A stretch of 64,000 nucleotides of DNA from an uncultured Alphaproteobacteria bacterium. GTDB lineage: Bacteria > Pseudomonadota > Alphaproteobacteria > HIMB59 > GCA-002718135. The stretch covers positions 19,711-83,710 of the forward strand of contig CACMQS010000005.1 of the NCBI GenBank assembly GCA_902615845.1. The letters run 5' to 3'. Below are positions 30,003-42,630 of this stretch, one piece after another (position 1 is the first letter of the stretch; every line of letters begins with the position of its first letter). The position numbers were made by a program, and so were the translations under genes. The notes below the pieces were generated by a model. It made no database searches. It had not been told where the DNA came from and saw only the letters and a program-made list of their open reading frames with translations.

Positions 30003-30973
30003 TGGAATTTTTGTCTGACATTGCTTCTTTAATTAATTCTACATTAAGAATATCTACACCTTTAGTTTTTGCTGCCATGGCGGGTATTTTTGCTGAACGT
30101 TCAGGTGTAATTGATTTTAGTTTAGAAGGCAAAATGCTCATGGCAGCTTTTGTTGCAGCTGTAGGTTCTTATTATTTAGGCAATCCGTGGCTTGGGTTAT
30201 TATTAGCTATTATAGTATGTGTTTGTTTATCAATGTTACATGGTTTTGCATCAGTAACACATAAAGGTGATCAAGTAGTATCATGTGTTGCTATAAATAT
30301 TTTAATTATTGGTTTAACAACAGCTTTAGCAGCTGCTTGGTTTGGGCAAGCAGGTCTGACACCAACATTAAATGAAGAGCAACGTTTTCTAGAAATCAAT
30401 TTACCTTTTGCAGACTCTGTAAGAGATATCCCAATTATTGGAACACTTTATAGTGATATTTTAAGTGGCCATTATGTATTTGTTTATTTAGCTTATTTAT
30501 CAGTCCCAATTGTTTTCTGGATTGTATTTAAAACTAGCTTTGGTTTACGTCTACGAGCTGTAGGTGAAAACCCAAGCGCTGTAGATACTGCTGGCATTAA
30601 TGTTTTTGCTATGAGGTATAAGGCCCTTGCCGTTAATGGTGTACTAATTGCTTTTGCCGGTGCTCATTTATCAACTGCTGTTAATGCCAATTTTTTTAGA
30701 GAGATGTCTGCTGGAAGAGGTTACTTAGCATTAGCTGCAATGATTTTTGGAAAGTGGCATCCCAAAACAGCTTTGATCGCATGTTTATTATTTGGTTTCA
30801 CAGATGCACTTCAAATTAGGTTACAAGGTGTTGAGCTACCAGCTATAGGAGAGATACCTGTTCAGTTAATACAAGCGATACCATACATATTGACAGTTGT
30901 ATTACTTGCAGGTTTTGTTGGTAAAGCTATTGCGCCTAACGCAATCGGCCAACCCTATATTAAAGAAAGATAA
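30002..30973 (+). CDS. ABC transporter permease (BMP/nucleoside system)
   Basis: 323-aa polytopic protein. TAATG coupling to the preceding permease. Confidence 0.9.
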   Translation: MEFLSDIASLINSTLRISTPLVFAAMAGIFAERSGVIDFSLEGKMLMAAFVAAVGSYYLGNPWLGLLLAIIVCVCLSMLHGFASVTHKGDQVVSCVAINILIIGLTTALAAAWFGQAGLTPTLNEEQRFLEINLPFADSVRDIPIIGTLYSDILSGHYVFVYLAYLSVPIVFWIVFKTSFGLRLRAVGENPSAVDTAGINVFAMRYKALAVNGVLIAFAGAHLSTAVNANFFREMSAGRGYLALAAMIFGKWHPKTALIACLLFGFTDALQIRLQGVELPAIGEIPVQLIQAIPYILTVVLLAGFVGKAIAPNAIGQPYIKER

Positions 30974-31039
30974 TTATTATTTCATTTTAATAATTTTTAG
31001 TCTTTTGAAACCTATATAGTTAATAAAAAAGGAGTTAAT

Positions 31040-31333
31040 ATGTTGGTTAAATTAACACAAGATTTAAAAAATGGTTTTGGACCATGGAAAGAAATGCTTC
31101 TTGCAAATGGCCATAAACTTAAAGAACATGGAATGACTTGTATATTTGCAGCTACAGAAAAAGATAATGATAACAAGTTAACTGTTATTTTAGATTTTGC
31201 TACACCCGAGGGTATGATGGGTTTTAAAAATGATGAAGAATTAACACAAAGAAGAATTGAAGCTGGTGCTATGGTGGAAACTACAGTAATGACACCGATG
31301 ACTTCTGAAGCAGTCACGAATTTTTCAGGTTAG
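31040..31333 (+). CDS. Small hypothetical protein (97 aa)
   Basis: Good SD (AAAGGAG) 7 nt upstream of the ATG. Soluble alpha/beta-like composition. I cannot assign a family confidently. Confidence 0.5.
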   Translation: MLVKLTQDLKNGFGPWKEMLLANGHKLKEHGMTCIFAATEKDNDNKLTVILDFATPEGMMGFKNDEELTQRRIEAGAMVETTVMTPMTSEAVTNFSG

Positions 31334-31351
31334 TTAAGAAAGGAAAAAGAT

Positions 31352-31672
31352 ATGAGTTTAATGGAAAGATACCAAAAAGCCATGAATGATAAAAATGAAG
31401 ATGAAATGAACGATATCTTGCATGATGATTTTAAATTCACAATGCATGCGTCTGGAAATGTTCTATCAAAATCTGATGTAGTTAATTGGGCTATGTCAGA
31501 CGATATTAATTCTGATAAAGATAGAATTGTATATGAGAATGACGAAATAGCCGTTCTTCATGCTTTTGTTACGTTTAATGACGGCAACACTCAGGCAGTA
31601 ATGTCTGTTTTTAAAATTGAAAATGGTAAAATTGTTTCTTTAGAAACAGGTGCAACGAATATGCCAAAATAA
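31352..31672 (+). CDS. NTF2/SnoaL-like fold small protein (106 aa)
   Basis: SD AAAGGAAA upstream. Length and pattern (..DDFKFTMH.., ..VLHAFVTF.., ..ENGKIVSLE) are typical of SnoaL-like domains. Confidence 0.55.
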   Translation: MSLMERYQKAMNDKNEDEMNDILHDDFKFTMHASGNVLSKSDVVNWAMSDDINSDKDRIVYENDEIAVLHAFVTFNDGNTQAVMSVFKIENGKIVSLETGATNMPK

Positions 31673-31702
31673 AAAAAAGTGGAACTTAAAGTTCCACTTT
31701 TA
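31671..31702. terminator. Bidirectional intrinsic terminator between convergent genes
   Basis: A8 - AGTGGAACT / TAA / AGTTCCACT - T4. This is a perfect 9-bp stem flanked by an A-run and a T-run, between the NTF2-like gene (+) and katG (-). Confidence 0.7.
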
Positions 31703-31720
31703 AACTAATTATAACTAATT

Positions 31721-33856
<2,136 letters not shown>

Positions 33857-33916
33857 TTAGAACCTCCGTTTTATATTGCTAATATATAAAGAATTTAAAT
33901 TAAAGAAAAGTGAAAA

Positions 33917-34321
33917 CTATAAGTCTATTCTGAATTTTTCAGGTCGCCACGTCGCAGGGGCAAGCTCAAAATCATTAAATTCGAAAGCGGGTGCGACAGT
34001 GCATCCAATTAAACTAAATGAACCAGAAGATCTCATCGCAAACCATGTGTTTGCTGTTACGGTATAAATATAATTATGATCTGACCCTAGAGAAAAAACT
34101 TCATAATTAATTCCGTCACTTGATGTGAAAACTTCTAGAGGATCTCCAGAATAAAAATGTAATATTTCATTTTTAGTTAATCGATGCCAATGTGATTTTT
34201 CATCCTTTTTTAATAAGTAATAAATTTGACTAACATTTTTGTTCTTAAAATTTTCAACATAATGCCCTCCTTCAGGATGACTACTCATATTCAGTTTTTT
34301 TATTAAATTATCTGCTTCCAC
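33917..34321 (-). CDS. Cupin-fold protein, DUF985-like
   Basis: 134 aa with N-terminal L..HPEGGHY and a cupin beta-barrel pattern. GTG start abuts the ribA stop. Confidence 0.7.
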   Translation of the reverse strand: MEADNLIKKLNMSSHPEGGHYVENFKNKNVSQIYYLLKKDEKSHWHRLTKNEILHFYSGDPLEVFTSSDGINYEVFSLGSDHNYIYTVTANTWFAMRSSGSFSLIGCTVAPAFEFNDFELAPATWRPEKFRIDL

Positions 34322-34912
34322 TTAGATTAAATGACCAAGTTTACTTTTCTTAGTTGAGATATATTTCTCATTATACTTATTGGTATCTGAAAAAATAGGA
34401 ACCCTTTGATTTACTTTGATACCCATATCTTCAAGCGCTTTTATTTTTTTTGGATTATTAGTCATTAAATCTAATTTTTTGATTGCTAAATATTTTACCA
34501 TTCCAGCAATATTTTCATATGTTCTTTCATCATCTTTAAACCCTAATTGATGATTGGCTTCAACAGTATCTAGTCCTTTGTCTTGTAAACTATATGCTTT
34601 AATTTTATTTGAGAGACCAATACCTCTTCCTTCTTGTTGAAGATAAAAAACAACCCCTCTTCCATTTTGAGCGATTTGTTTTAATGATTCAGTTAGTTGA
34701 AATCTACAATCACATCTCATACTAAAAAAAGATTCCCCTGTAATACATTGCGAATGAATTCTTGATAAAACTGGCTCATTAGTAAGCAAGTCACCCATAC
34801 ATATTGCTAAATGATCTTTAGATTCATTTTCATCTGTAAAGGCATGTACAGTGAACTCCCCAATATCTGTTGGAAGTTTACTAGTTTCAATAAACTTTAA
34901 TTTGTCTGACAT
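34322..34912 (-). CDS. ribA: GTP cyclohydrolase II (monofunctional)
   Basis: Zinc cysteines HSQCITGESFFSMRCDC and the QEGRGIGL motif. 196 aa with no RibB domain. Confidence 0.92.
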   Translation of the reverse strand: MSDKLKFIETSKLPTDIGEFTVHAFTDENESKDHLAICMGDLLTNEPVLSRIHSQCITGESFFSMRCDCRFQLTESLKQIAQNGRGVVFYLQQEGRGIGLSNKIKAYSLQDKGLDTVEANHQLGFKDDERTYENIAGMVKYLAIKKLDLMTNNPKKIKALEDMGIKVNQRVPIFSDTNKYNEKYISTKKSKLGHLI

Positions 34913-35385
34913 TATAGTTTAGTTGGATTTGCTGCACCTTTGTATACTTCTTCAGGATCAAAAACTTTTTCTTTCTCTTCAAATTTAAGAATAACTTTAG
35001 AGCTAGAACTATTCAAAGGAATGCTTCTATAAAAACATGATCTATATCCTACATGACAGCTGGCACCACCTTCGACATCAACTCTTAACCAAACACAATC
35101 TTGATCATCATCAATTCTTATTTCTTTTATCTTCTGCGTTAATCCACTTGTTTTACCTTTATGCCAAAGAGTATTTCTACTTCTAGAAAAATATACCGCT
35201 TCGCCCAAACTTATAGTTTTTTTAAAAGCTTCTTCATTCATATAACCTTGCATAAGTAGCTCGCCAGATGAAAAATCTGTTGTTACAACTGGTATTAGAC
35301 CATTTGAATCAAATTTCGGAGCAAGCTCATTTGACTCTTCAACTTGTTCTATAGATTTTCTTTTTTCAAATTGAATGTTATTCAT
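34912..35385 (-). CDS. hisI: Phosphoribosyl-AMP cyclohydrolase (monofunctional)
   Basis: [26 protein letters not shown] and SCH motifs. It overlaps hemB (8 nt) and ribA (1 nt). Confidence 0.9.
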   Translation of the reverse strand: MNNIQFEKRKSIEQVEESNELAPKFDSNGLIPVVTTDFSSGELLMQGYMNEEAFKKTISLGEAVYFSRSRNTLWHKGKTSGLTQKIKEIRIDDDQDCVWLRVDVEGGASCHVGYRSCFYRSIPLNSSSSKVILKFEEKEKVFDPEEVYKGAANPTKL

Positions 35386-36379
35386 TTTTTAATTTTTCAG
35401 CAGCTTCAAATGCGAAGTAAGTTAGTATACCATTTGCTCCAGCTCTTTTAAAAGATAAAAGAGATTCCATTATAACTTTTTCATTTAACCAACCTTTATT
35501 AATTGACTCTTTTATCATCGAATATTCACCAGATACTTGGTAGGCAAAGGTTGGAACTTTAAATTCTGATTTTATTCTAGAAATAATATCAAGATAAGGC
35601 ATACCAGGCTTAACCATTACCATATCTGCTCCTTCACTTATATCTAATCCAACTTCTCTAATTGCTTCATCACTGTTTGATGGATCCATTTGATATGTTA
35701 ATTTGCCATCTTTACCTAAACTAGAACCAGAACCTATAGCATCTCTAAAAGGACCGTAAAAACCTGAAGCATATTTAGCAGCGTAAGAAAGTATGAGAGT
35801 ATCTGTTAAATTATTTGAATCTAATGCAGTTCTTATTCTTCCAACTCTTCCATCCATCATATCCGACGGGGCGATTACATCACAACCAGCATTCGCTTGG
35901 ACCAGAGCCTGTTGTTCCAAAACCTCCAAAGTTTTATCATTATCTATTTTATCATTTATAACTAAACCATCATGCCCATGGTCCGTAAAAGGATCTAACG
36001 CAACATCACATACAATACCAATATTTGGAAAATCTTTTTTGATACTTTTAATTGATCTGCATACCAAATTGTTTTCATCTACAGCTAAACTTCCCTCAGA
36101 ATTTTTAAGGCCACTTTCAATTTGCGGAAAAATTGCAATAGCAGGAATATTAAATTTAACAGCTTTTTCTACTTCACTTAAAAGTTTATCAATAGAGTAT
36201 CTGCTTACACCAGGCATCGAATTAATAGGATCATCAACCTTGTTTCCCTCGCATACAAATAGAGGCAAGATTAAATCATTAACACTAAGTGTATTTTCAG
36301 CAACTAAACGACGAGAAAATTCTTTCATTCTATTACGTCTAAGTCTTGTACTTGGAAACTTGCCTTGCATGTTATTCAT
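35378..36379 (-). CDS. hemB: Porphobilinogen synthase (delta-aminolevulinate dehydratase), Asp-rich metal-site type
   Basis: [14 protein letters not shown] in place of the Cys-rich zinc site, with active-site lysine context [11 protein letters not shown]. Confidence 0.96.
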   Translation of the reverse strand: MNNMQGKFPSTRLRRNRMKEFSRRLVAENTLSVNDLILPLFVCEGNKVDDPINSMPGVSRYSIDKLLSEVEKAVKFNIPAIAIFPQIESGLKNSEGSLAVDENNLVCRSIKSIKKDFPNIGIVCDVALDPFTDHGHDGLVINDKIDNDKTLEVLEQQALVQANAGCDVIAPSDMMDGRVGRIRTALDSNNLTDTLILSYAAKYASGFYGPFRDAIGSGSSLGKDGKLTYQMDPSNSDEAIREVGLDISEGADMVMVKPGMPYLDIISRIKSEFKVPTFAYQVSGEYSMIKESINKGWLNEKVIMESLLSFKRAGANGILTYFAFEAAEKLKNE

Positions 36380-36382
36380 TTT

Positions 36383-38308
36383 TTATTCTATTGGTGATTT
36401 TGCTTCTTTAGATAAGCTAGTAACAATATCTTCTAATTTAAAGGTCTTTGTTTCAGAGGATCCAATTCTTCTAACAGATACTGTTTTATCTTCAGCTTCT
36501 TTTTTTCCAACAGCAATAATTGCTGGCACTTTACTATTACTGTGTTCACGTATTTTATAACCAATTTTTTCATTACGTGTATCTATTTCGGCCCTAATTC
36601 CTTTTGATACTAATGCTTTTTGTACCTCATAAGCATACTCATCTGTATCAGATGTAATTGTAGCAACTACAGCTTGCAATGGTGAAAGCCAAAACGGAAG
36701 ATGGCCTGCATAATGTTCAATTAGAATGCCAGTGAATCTCTCTAAGGAACCAAATAGAGCTCTATGCAACATGACTGGTATTTTTTTATTACCATCTTCT
36801 CCAATATAAGTGGCTCCCAATCTTCCAGGTAAATTTAAATCTACTTGCAGTGTACCGCATTGCCAGTCTCTGCCAATTGCATCACGTAAAACAAACTCTA
36901 ATTTTGGACCGTAAAATGCACCTTCTCCTGGGTTGAGTGTATACTCAAGACCTGTTGCTTCCATGGCTTGCATTAATGCAGCCTCAGCTTTATCCCAAAT
37001 AGCATCATCCCCTACGCGTTTTTCAGGACGGTCAGAAAATTTAATTCTAACATTATCGAAACCAAAGTCCTTATAGATACTAAGTATCAAATCACATACC
37101 GTTTTACTCTCTTGTGTAATTTGATCTTCTGTGCAAAATATATGTGCATCATCTTGTGTGAATGCTCTCACCCTCATTAATCCATGAAGAGCACCTGATG
37201 GTTCATAACGATGTACTTTTCCGAATTCAGATAATAGAAATGGTAAGTCTCTATAACTTTTTAATCCTTGTTTAAAAATTTCTACAGCACCAGGGCAATT
37301 CATTGGTTTGATAGCATAAATTTTATTGTCTTTTGCTTCAGTTCTAAACATCATGTCGCTAAATTTGTCCCAGTGACCAGACGTTTCCCATAGAGACTTA
37401 TCCATCATATCTGGCGTATTAGTTTCTACGTAACCTGTCTTGTCTTGTCTGTTTCTCATATAATTTATTAGCGACTGGAATAATGTCCAACCCTTAGGAT
37501 GCCAAAATACCGCTCCAGGAGCCTCTTCCTGAAAATGAAATAAATCCATTTCTCTTCCTAGTTTTCGGTGATCTCTTTTTTCTGCTTCTTCAATTTGTAA
37601 AAGGTGTTGTTCAAGATCCTTTTCTGTTGCCCAGGCCGTCCCATAAATTCTTGTTAGCATTGTATTAGATGAATCACCTCGCCAGTAAGCGCCAGCAACT
37701 TTCATTAATTTAAATGCTTTACCAATTTGTTTTGTTGAAACCATATGAGGACCTCGGCACAAGTCTAACCAATCACCTTGTTTGTAAATACTAATTTCCT
37801 CATTATCAGGCAGATCATTAATTAGTTCAACTTTATAGTCTTCACCTTTGTCTTTAAAATATTTTATCGATTCCTCTTTAGACCACACTTCTCTTATGAA
37901 ATTTTTATTTCTTTGAATGATATCGTGCATCTTCTTTTCAATTTTTGGAAGATCTGCAACAGTAAAAGGTTCATCTCTTGCAAAATCATAATAAAAACCA
38001 TTTTCAATTGCTGGACCAATTGTAACTTGTGTTCCAGGGAATAATTCCTGGACAGCTTCTGCCATTACATGAGCACAATCATGTCGTATTAATTCAAGTG
38101 CTTCCTCGCTATCTCTTTTTAAAATCGCTACAGATGCATCACCATTAATAGGTAAACTAATATCTTTTATCTCATTATTAATTTTTATAGCAACTGATTC
38201 TTTGGCAAGAGATTTAGAAATTTGCGATGCCAATTCAAGACCATTGATGCCTTTATTAACTTCCTTTTTATTTCCATCTGGAAATGTAATTATTATCTTT
38301 TCACTCAT
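36383..38308 (-). CDS. thrS: Threonine--tRNA ligase
   Basis: N-terminal TGS domain, editing-domain HxxxH (RHDCAHVMA), class II core and anticodon-binding domain. 641 aa. Confidence 0.98.
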   Translation of the reverse strand: MSEKIIITFPDGNKKEVNKGINGLELASQISKSLAKESVAIKINNEIKDISLPINGDASVAILKRDSEEALELIRHDCAHVMAEAVQELFPGTQVTIGPAIENGFYYDFARDEPFTVADLPKIEKKMHDIIQRNKNFIREVWSKEESIKYFKDKGEDYKVELINDLPDNEEISIYKQGDWLDLCRGPHMVSTKQIGKAFKLMKVAGAYWRGDSSNTMLTRIYGTAWATEKDLEQHLLQIEEAEKRDHRKLGREMDLFHFQEEAPGAVFWHPKGWTLFQSLINYMRNRQDKTGYVETNTPDMMDKSLWETSGHWDKFSDMMFRTEAKDNKIYAIKPMNCPGAVEIFKQGLKSYRDLPFLLSEFGKVHRYEPSGALHGLMRVRAFTQDDAHIFCTEDQITQESKTVCDLILSIYKDFGFDNVRIKFSDRPEKRVGDDAIWDKAEAALMQAMEATGLEYTLNPGEGAFYGPKLEFVLRDAIGRDWQCGTLQVDLNLPGRLGATYIGEDGNKKIPVMLHRALFGSLERFTGILIEHYAGHLPFWLSPLQAVVATITSDTDEYAYEVQKALVSKGIRAEIDTRNEKIGYKIREHSNSKVPAIIAVGKKEAEDKTVSVRRIGSSETKTFKLEDIVTSLSKEAKSPIE

Positions 38309-39690
38309 CTAGATTTCCGCCAAATCGTTCCTTTATCAGTATCTTCTATTTCTATGCCTTTATCTTTTAATGTGTCCCTAATAGTATCTGCCAAATTAAA
38401 ATTTTTACTGCGTCTAGCTTCATTACGTTCATTTATCAACCTTTCAATTTCTTCAGTATTTTCAATATCTTTTTGATTATAACCTAACCAATTTCCTGGA
38501 TCATCTTCAAGAATACCTAATATTTTACCGGCAGAAAGAAGATTTTTTTTAATTTCTTTTTTTCTTTCATCAGATGCAGATGAAGCATCATTTGCTTCTT
38601 CATTAAGTTTTGCAATGACTTTAGGTGTATTCAAATCATCTAAAAATGATTCCATTATAGAATCAGAAGGTAAGTTAGAATTTATTTCAACTTCTGACAA
38701 CTCTAATAGAACTCTATAAAGTCGATCTATCATTTTGCTATTTTGTTCAATGATTTCTTCTGTCCAGTTCAATGGCTGTTTGTAGTGAGCTGACAACAAT
38801 GTTAATCGCAAAACCTCTCCCTTGTATTTTTTATTGAGATCATGAACGAGTCTAATATTGCCAATTGACTTTGACATTTTTTCTCCCTCAACATTAACAA
38901 ATCCATTATGAAACCAATAAGTTGCAAAATCTTTAGGATCTTTATTTTCAGATATGGAACAAGTTTGTGCTATTTCATTTTCATGATGCGGAAACACCAA
39001 GTCAATACCACCGCTATGGATATCAAAAGGAAGGCCTAATGATTTTTCTGACATAACGGAGCACTCTAAATGCCATCCTGGTCTTCCAAATCCCCAAGGT
39101 GAATCCCAACCAGGTAAGGGTGAGGGAGATGGTTTCCATAAAATAAAATCTGCTGGATCTTTTTTGAACGGCGCTACTTCAACACGGCTTCCAGCTATTT
39201 GTTCATCTCTATTTCTTTTTGAAAGAATTCCATAATTATCAAAACTTGGCACATGAAATAAAACATGACCCTCTTTTTCATAAGCTTTATTTTCATCAAT
39301 TAATTTTTTTATTAATTCGATCATTTCTTTAATATGATCAGTTGCCCTTGGTTGAATATCAGGAAGATTAACGCCAAGTGCACTCATGTCATTATTGTAA
39401 ATCTCTGTATATTTATTTGTGATAACACTAATATCCTCACCTGTTTCTTTAGAAGCTTCTATAATCTTGTCATCAATATCAGTGATATTAGATACATAGG
39501 TCACTTGTTTAAATTGTGTTTTTAATACACGGACTAATAAATCATTTACAACTGCCATACGCGCATTACCTATGTGCGCAAAATTGTAAACAGTTGGACC
39601 GCAAGCATATATTCTTACATGATCTGGATTAACTGGTTTAAAAAATTCTTTTTTACCACTTAATGTGTTTTGTAACTGTAATGACATCAA
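38305..39690 (-). CDS. cysS: Cysteine--tRNA ligase
   Basis: HIGNAR (HIGH) and KMSKS motifs. 4-nt overlap with thrS. Confidence 0.97.
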   Translation of the reverse strand: MMSLQLQNTLSGKKEFFKPVNPDHVRIYACGPTVYNFAHIGNARMAVVNDLLVRVLKTQFKQVTYVSNITDIDDKIIEASKETGEDISVITNKYTEIYNNDMSALGVNLPDIQPRATDHIKEMIELIKKLIDENKAYEKEGHVLFHVPSFDNYGILSKRNRDEQIAGSRVEVAPFKKDPADFILWKPSPSPLPGWDSPWGFGRPGWHLECSVMSEKSLGLPFDIHSGGIDLVFPHHENEIAQTCSISENKDPKDFATYWFHNGFVNVEGEKMSKSIGNIRLVHDLNKKYKGEVLRLTLLSAHYKQPLNWTEEIIEQNSKMIDRLYRVLLELSEVEINSNLPSDSIMESFLDDLNTPKVIAKLNEEANDASSASDERKKEIKKNLLSAGKILGILEDDPGNWLGYNQKDIENTEEIERLINERNEARRSKNFNLADTIRDTLKDKGIEIEDTDKGTIWRKSR

Positions 39691-39698
39691 TATAATTT

Positions 39699-40121
39699 TT
39701 AATAATTAAGTTCTATTACCACGGGTTCGCCATGAACTAAAATGATTGCAGCTTTTTCAAATGATGGAGGACCTTTTGGTTGATAATTATTACTAAAGGC
39801 AAAACCTTCTTTTGGTCTCCAGAATAATCCAGTCTTTAATTTTCCATCTGAATCTTCATCGTGATAGGCAACAATTGCTATTTTTCCTTCATGTATCTTA
39901 CTCAAAGGAACTACAACCTCATCCTTTTGCACTCTTTTTCTAACGCTCTCAATTGCTAATTCTTCATCCAAAAAGCTCTCTTTTGAGTCATATATCTTAA
40001 CATCAATGTAACCATCACCATGTTCTACATTTGGAAAAATGATAGTTCCATGTGCAAAAAGACCTAAAGAACATGTGACTGTTAAGCCAAAAAAGAATAT
40101 TTTAGTAAAAAAACTTTTCAT
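39699..40121 (-). CDS. Secreted DUF2141-like protein
   Basis: Signal peptide. The pattern AYHDEDSDGKL...PKEGFAFSNN...GPPSFEKA matches what I recall of DUF2141. Confidence 0.65.
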   Translation of the reverse strand: MKSFFTKIFFFGLTVTCSLGLFAHGTIIFPNVEHGDGYIDVKIYDSKESFLDEELAIESVRKRVQKDEVVVPLSKIHEGKIAIVAYHDEDSDGKLKTGLFWRPKEGFAFSNNYQPKGPPSFEKAAIILVHGEPVVIELNY

Positions 40122-40149
40122 ATAAGTATCCTAATTATAATAGAATCAA

Positions 40150-41355
40150 GTGCTGAACAATAAAGAATATCTAAATAGACTATATCAATCAGATAAACCT
40201 CTTATAATTTACAAAACTGATAAGGGTTATGATATCTATACTGATTTTTCTAGAAGAATTATTATTAACAAAAAGAATCTAAAATATTTTCTTAATATCC
40301 AATCAAAGTCAAAAAAATCTAAGATTGAAGAATTGAATTGTTATGTTGGTTTCTTTGGTTATAAGCTTCTTTGTGAAAATATAGGAATAAAGTTTCCAAA
40401 ACAGCAATCTAAAAATTTTCATAGTGGCGTATTTTACAAGCCACAAACTAAAATTAGTATTGGTAAAAAAATAGTAATCAAAAGCATTAAAGCCAATTTT
40501 AGAAATATAAGTATCAATACAAAAAAATATTTACAGTTAAATAAAAAGTTTAATCTTAATTTATCTTTAAAGCAGTACTCTAAGATATTTAATGATTTCT
40601 CTAAAAATATTAAACAGGGAAAAACTTATCAAATTAAAATAGCTCAAACATATTCGAAAAAAGGTAATATCAATTCTATTGATCTTTTTTGGAAGCTAAT
40701 GAAAATGAATGAATCACCTGAAAGTTTTCTTATCAGGGAAAAAGACTATAATATCGTAAGTTGTTCACCAGAGACACTCATATTGAAAAAAGATAACACA
40801 ATTAGAACTAAACCTATTGCTGGAACATTAAGAAAAACAAAGCAGTTAAATAAAAATAAAGCTCTCACATTCTTTAGAAGAAATGAAAAAGAAACTAAAG
40901 AACATAATATGATTGTTGATATGGAAAGAAATGATCTGTCTAAAATTTGTAAAACTGGATCTGTAAAAATAGATAAACTAAAAAAGGTTGAGGAATATCG
41001 TGATCTTTTTCATTACGTTACAACAATCAAGGGAGTTATAAAAAATAAAATGAGTAACCATGATATAATTTCTTCTTTAATGCCAGGAGGTTCAGTCATT
41101 GGTTGTCCAAAAATTAGTACTATTCAACTTCTAAATAGAAAAGAAAAATTTGACAGAAATATTTATACAGGCAGTTTTGGAATTATACATTCAAATGGTG
41201 ATATGCGATTTAACATAATGATTAGAACACTACTTAATTTCAAAAATGATATTGAATTATCAGTTGCTAGTGGTGTGATCTTAGGTAGTACTGCAAAAAA
41301 AGAATATAATGAAAATTATATTAAAGCTAAATCGCTTTTAGATCTATTTAACTAA
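40150..41355 (+). CDS. pabB: Aminodeoxychorismate synthase component I
   Basis: Chorismate-binding motifs PIAGT, VDMERNDL, PGGSVIGCPK and YTGSFG. GTG start. The N-terminal region is short and divergent. Confidence 0.8.
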   Translation: MLNNKEYLNRLYQSDKPLIIYKTDKGYDIYTDFSRRIIINKKNLKYFLNIQSKSKKSKIEELNCYVGFFGYKLLCENIGIKFPKQQSKNFHSGVFYKPQTKISIGKKIVIKSIKANFRNISINTKKYLQLNKKFNLNLSLKQYSKIFNDFSKNIKQGKTYQIKIAQTYSKKGNINSIDLFWKLMKMNESPESFLIREKDYNIVSCSPETLILKKDNTIRTKPIAGTLRKTKQLNKNKALTFFRRNEKETKEHNMIVDMERNDLSKICKTGSVKIDKLKKVEEYRDLFHYVTTIKGVIKNKMSNHDIISSLMPGGSVIGCPKISTIQLLNRKEKFDRNIYTGSFGIIHSNGDMRFNIMIRTLLNFKNDIELSVASGVILGSTAKKEYNENYIKAKSLLDLFN

Positions 41356-41912
41356 TGATTTATCTCATTGATCATGAAGACTCATTCACATACAATTTAG
41401 CTCATCTACTAGATAGTATTGAGCCAACATTTGTTTCAAATTATTATGAAATAAATCAAACAAAACTAGAAAAATCTTCGACCATCGTTCTTTCACCAGG
41501 CCCTGGTGAACCAAAAGATTATCCATTAACAACTAAGATTTACAATAAATATAAAGGAAAGAAAAAAATATTAGGAATATGCTTAGGTTTCCAACAAATA
41601 GTTTTTTGTGAAGGAGCTAAAATAGTTCAACAAAAAAATATTCTTCATGGTTATCAGAGTCATATTAAAGTTACTAACGATAAATCAATTTTTAAAAAAA
41701 ATTTTAATTTCCTTGGAGGTCGATATCATTCCTTAAAAATGGCTGAACCATTTGTTTCTCAATCAATGATAATTACAATGCGTTGTGTAAAAACAAATGT
41801 AGCAATGGCGGTTGAAGATGATATTAATAAAGTCTATGGATTACAGTTTCACCCAGATTCATTTTTAACTCCACATGGAAAATATCTTATTAAAAAAATC
41901 CTTTCACGCTAA
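41355..41912 (+). CDS. pabA: Aminodeoxychorismate synthase glutamine amidotransferase component II
   Basis: ILGICLGFQ nucleophile and GLQFHPDS. TAATG coupling to pabB. Confidence 0.85.
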   Translation: MIYLIDHEDSFTYNLAHLLDSIEPTFVSNYYEINQTKLEKSSTIVLSPGPGEPKDYPLTTKIYNKYKGKKKILGICLGFQQIVFCEGAKIVQQKNILHGYQSHIKVTNDKSIFKKNFNFLGGRYHSLKMAEPFVSQSMIITMRCVKTNVAMAVEDDINKVYGLQFHPDSFLTPHGKYLIKKILSR

Positions 41913-42630
41913 GAATTTTAAATTACTAAAGTTCAATTCTCTTTGGGGATACAAGGGCATCTTTACAACCATTAGACTATTTGGCAAAGAGCCAAATTTT
42001 ATCTTAGTTGATCAGCATTTAAAAAAACTAAATAAAGATTTAAGATACTTTGGCATTGATATTAAAATTTCAAAAAATTTTTTAACTAATTTTTTAAATA
42101 AATATTCTAAAATTAAAAATTACGATCACCTCCTAAGAATTGCAGTCACAAAAAAAATAATCTCATTATCTGTACGTAAACGAAACAAAGATCATAAGTA
42201 TTTTACTGCAAAATTTTTTAGATTCCAACGGGCTTTACCTAACTTCAAAAACTTACAATACAAAAAAATAATTTCTTTACAAAAAAAAATTAATTTACAA
42301 AAAGAAGAGATTCTTTTTTATTTTAGCAACAAAATTTTAGAAGGCTCTACGACCAATTTAATTTTTGTAAACGGTAATAAATTATTCACTCCAAAAAATT
42401 ACTATTATCATGGAATTACTCTAGAATACTTAATTAAAAATCTACCTTATAAAATTCATAGAACAGATATTAATATTTCTAGTTTACATCAATTTAGTGA
42501 AATACTTCTAGTTGGTTCTGGTAAAGGTGTGGTTAGTATTTCTTTTATTAAACAATTTAATTGGTATAGGTCTTCAATGAAAATATATAATTATTTATCA
42601 AAAAAATATTCAAAAATATTATTGAAATGA
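41875..42630 (+). CDS. pabC: Aminodeoxychorismate lyase-like class IV aminotransferase-fold protein
   Basis: Size, position between pabA and folP, and the class IV fold pattern (..EGSTTNLIFV.., GITLEYL). The sequence is very divergent and the start is uncertain (38-nt overlap with pabA). Confidence 0.6.
   Translation: MENILLKKSFHAKNFKLLKFNSLWGYKGIFTTIRLFGKEPNFILVDQHLKKLNKDLRYFGIDIKISKNFLTNFLNKYSKIKNYDHLLRIAVTKKIISLSVRKRNKDHKYFTAKFFRFQRALPNFKNLQYKKIISLQKKINLQKEEILFYFSNKILEGSTTNLIFVNGNKLFTPKNYYYHGITLEYLIKNLPYKIHRTDINISSLHQFSEILLVGSGKGVVSISFIKQFNWYRSSMKIYNYLSKKYSKILLK

Noticed and set aside
31012-31317. 101-aa minus-strand ORF mirroring the 97-aa + strand ORF
   Set aside because: Only the + strand ORF has a proper SD (AAAGGAG) and a soluble-protein composition. 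The minus frame is Ser/Ile/Val-rich shadow sequence.
35793-36560. 255-aa ORF on the + strand, the longest unassigned ORF in the track
   Set aside because: It lies entirely antisense to hemB and the thrS 3-prime end. Its Ser/Leu/Ile-rich, low-complexity composition is typical of a shadow frame of a conserved gene, and it has no RBS.
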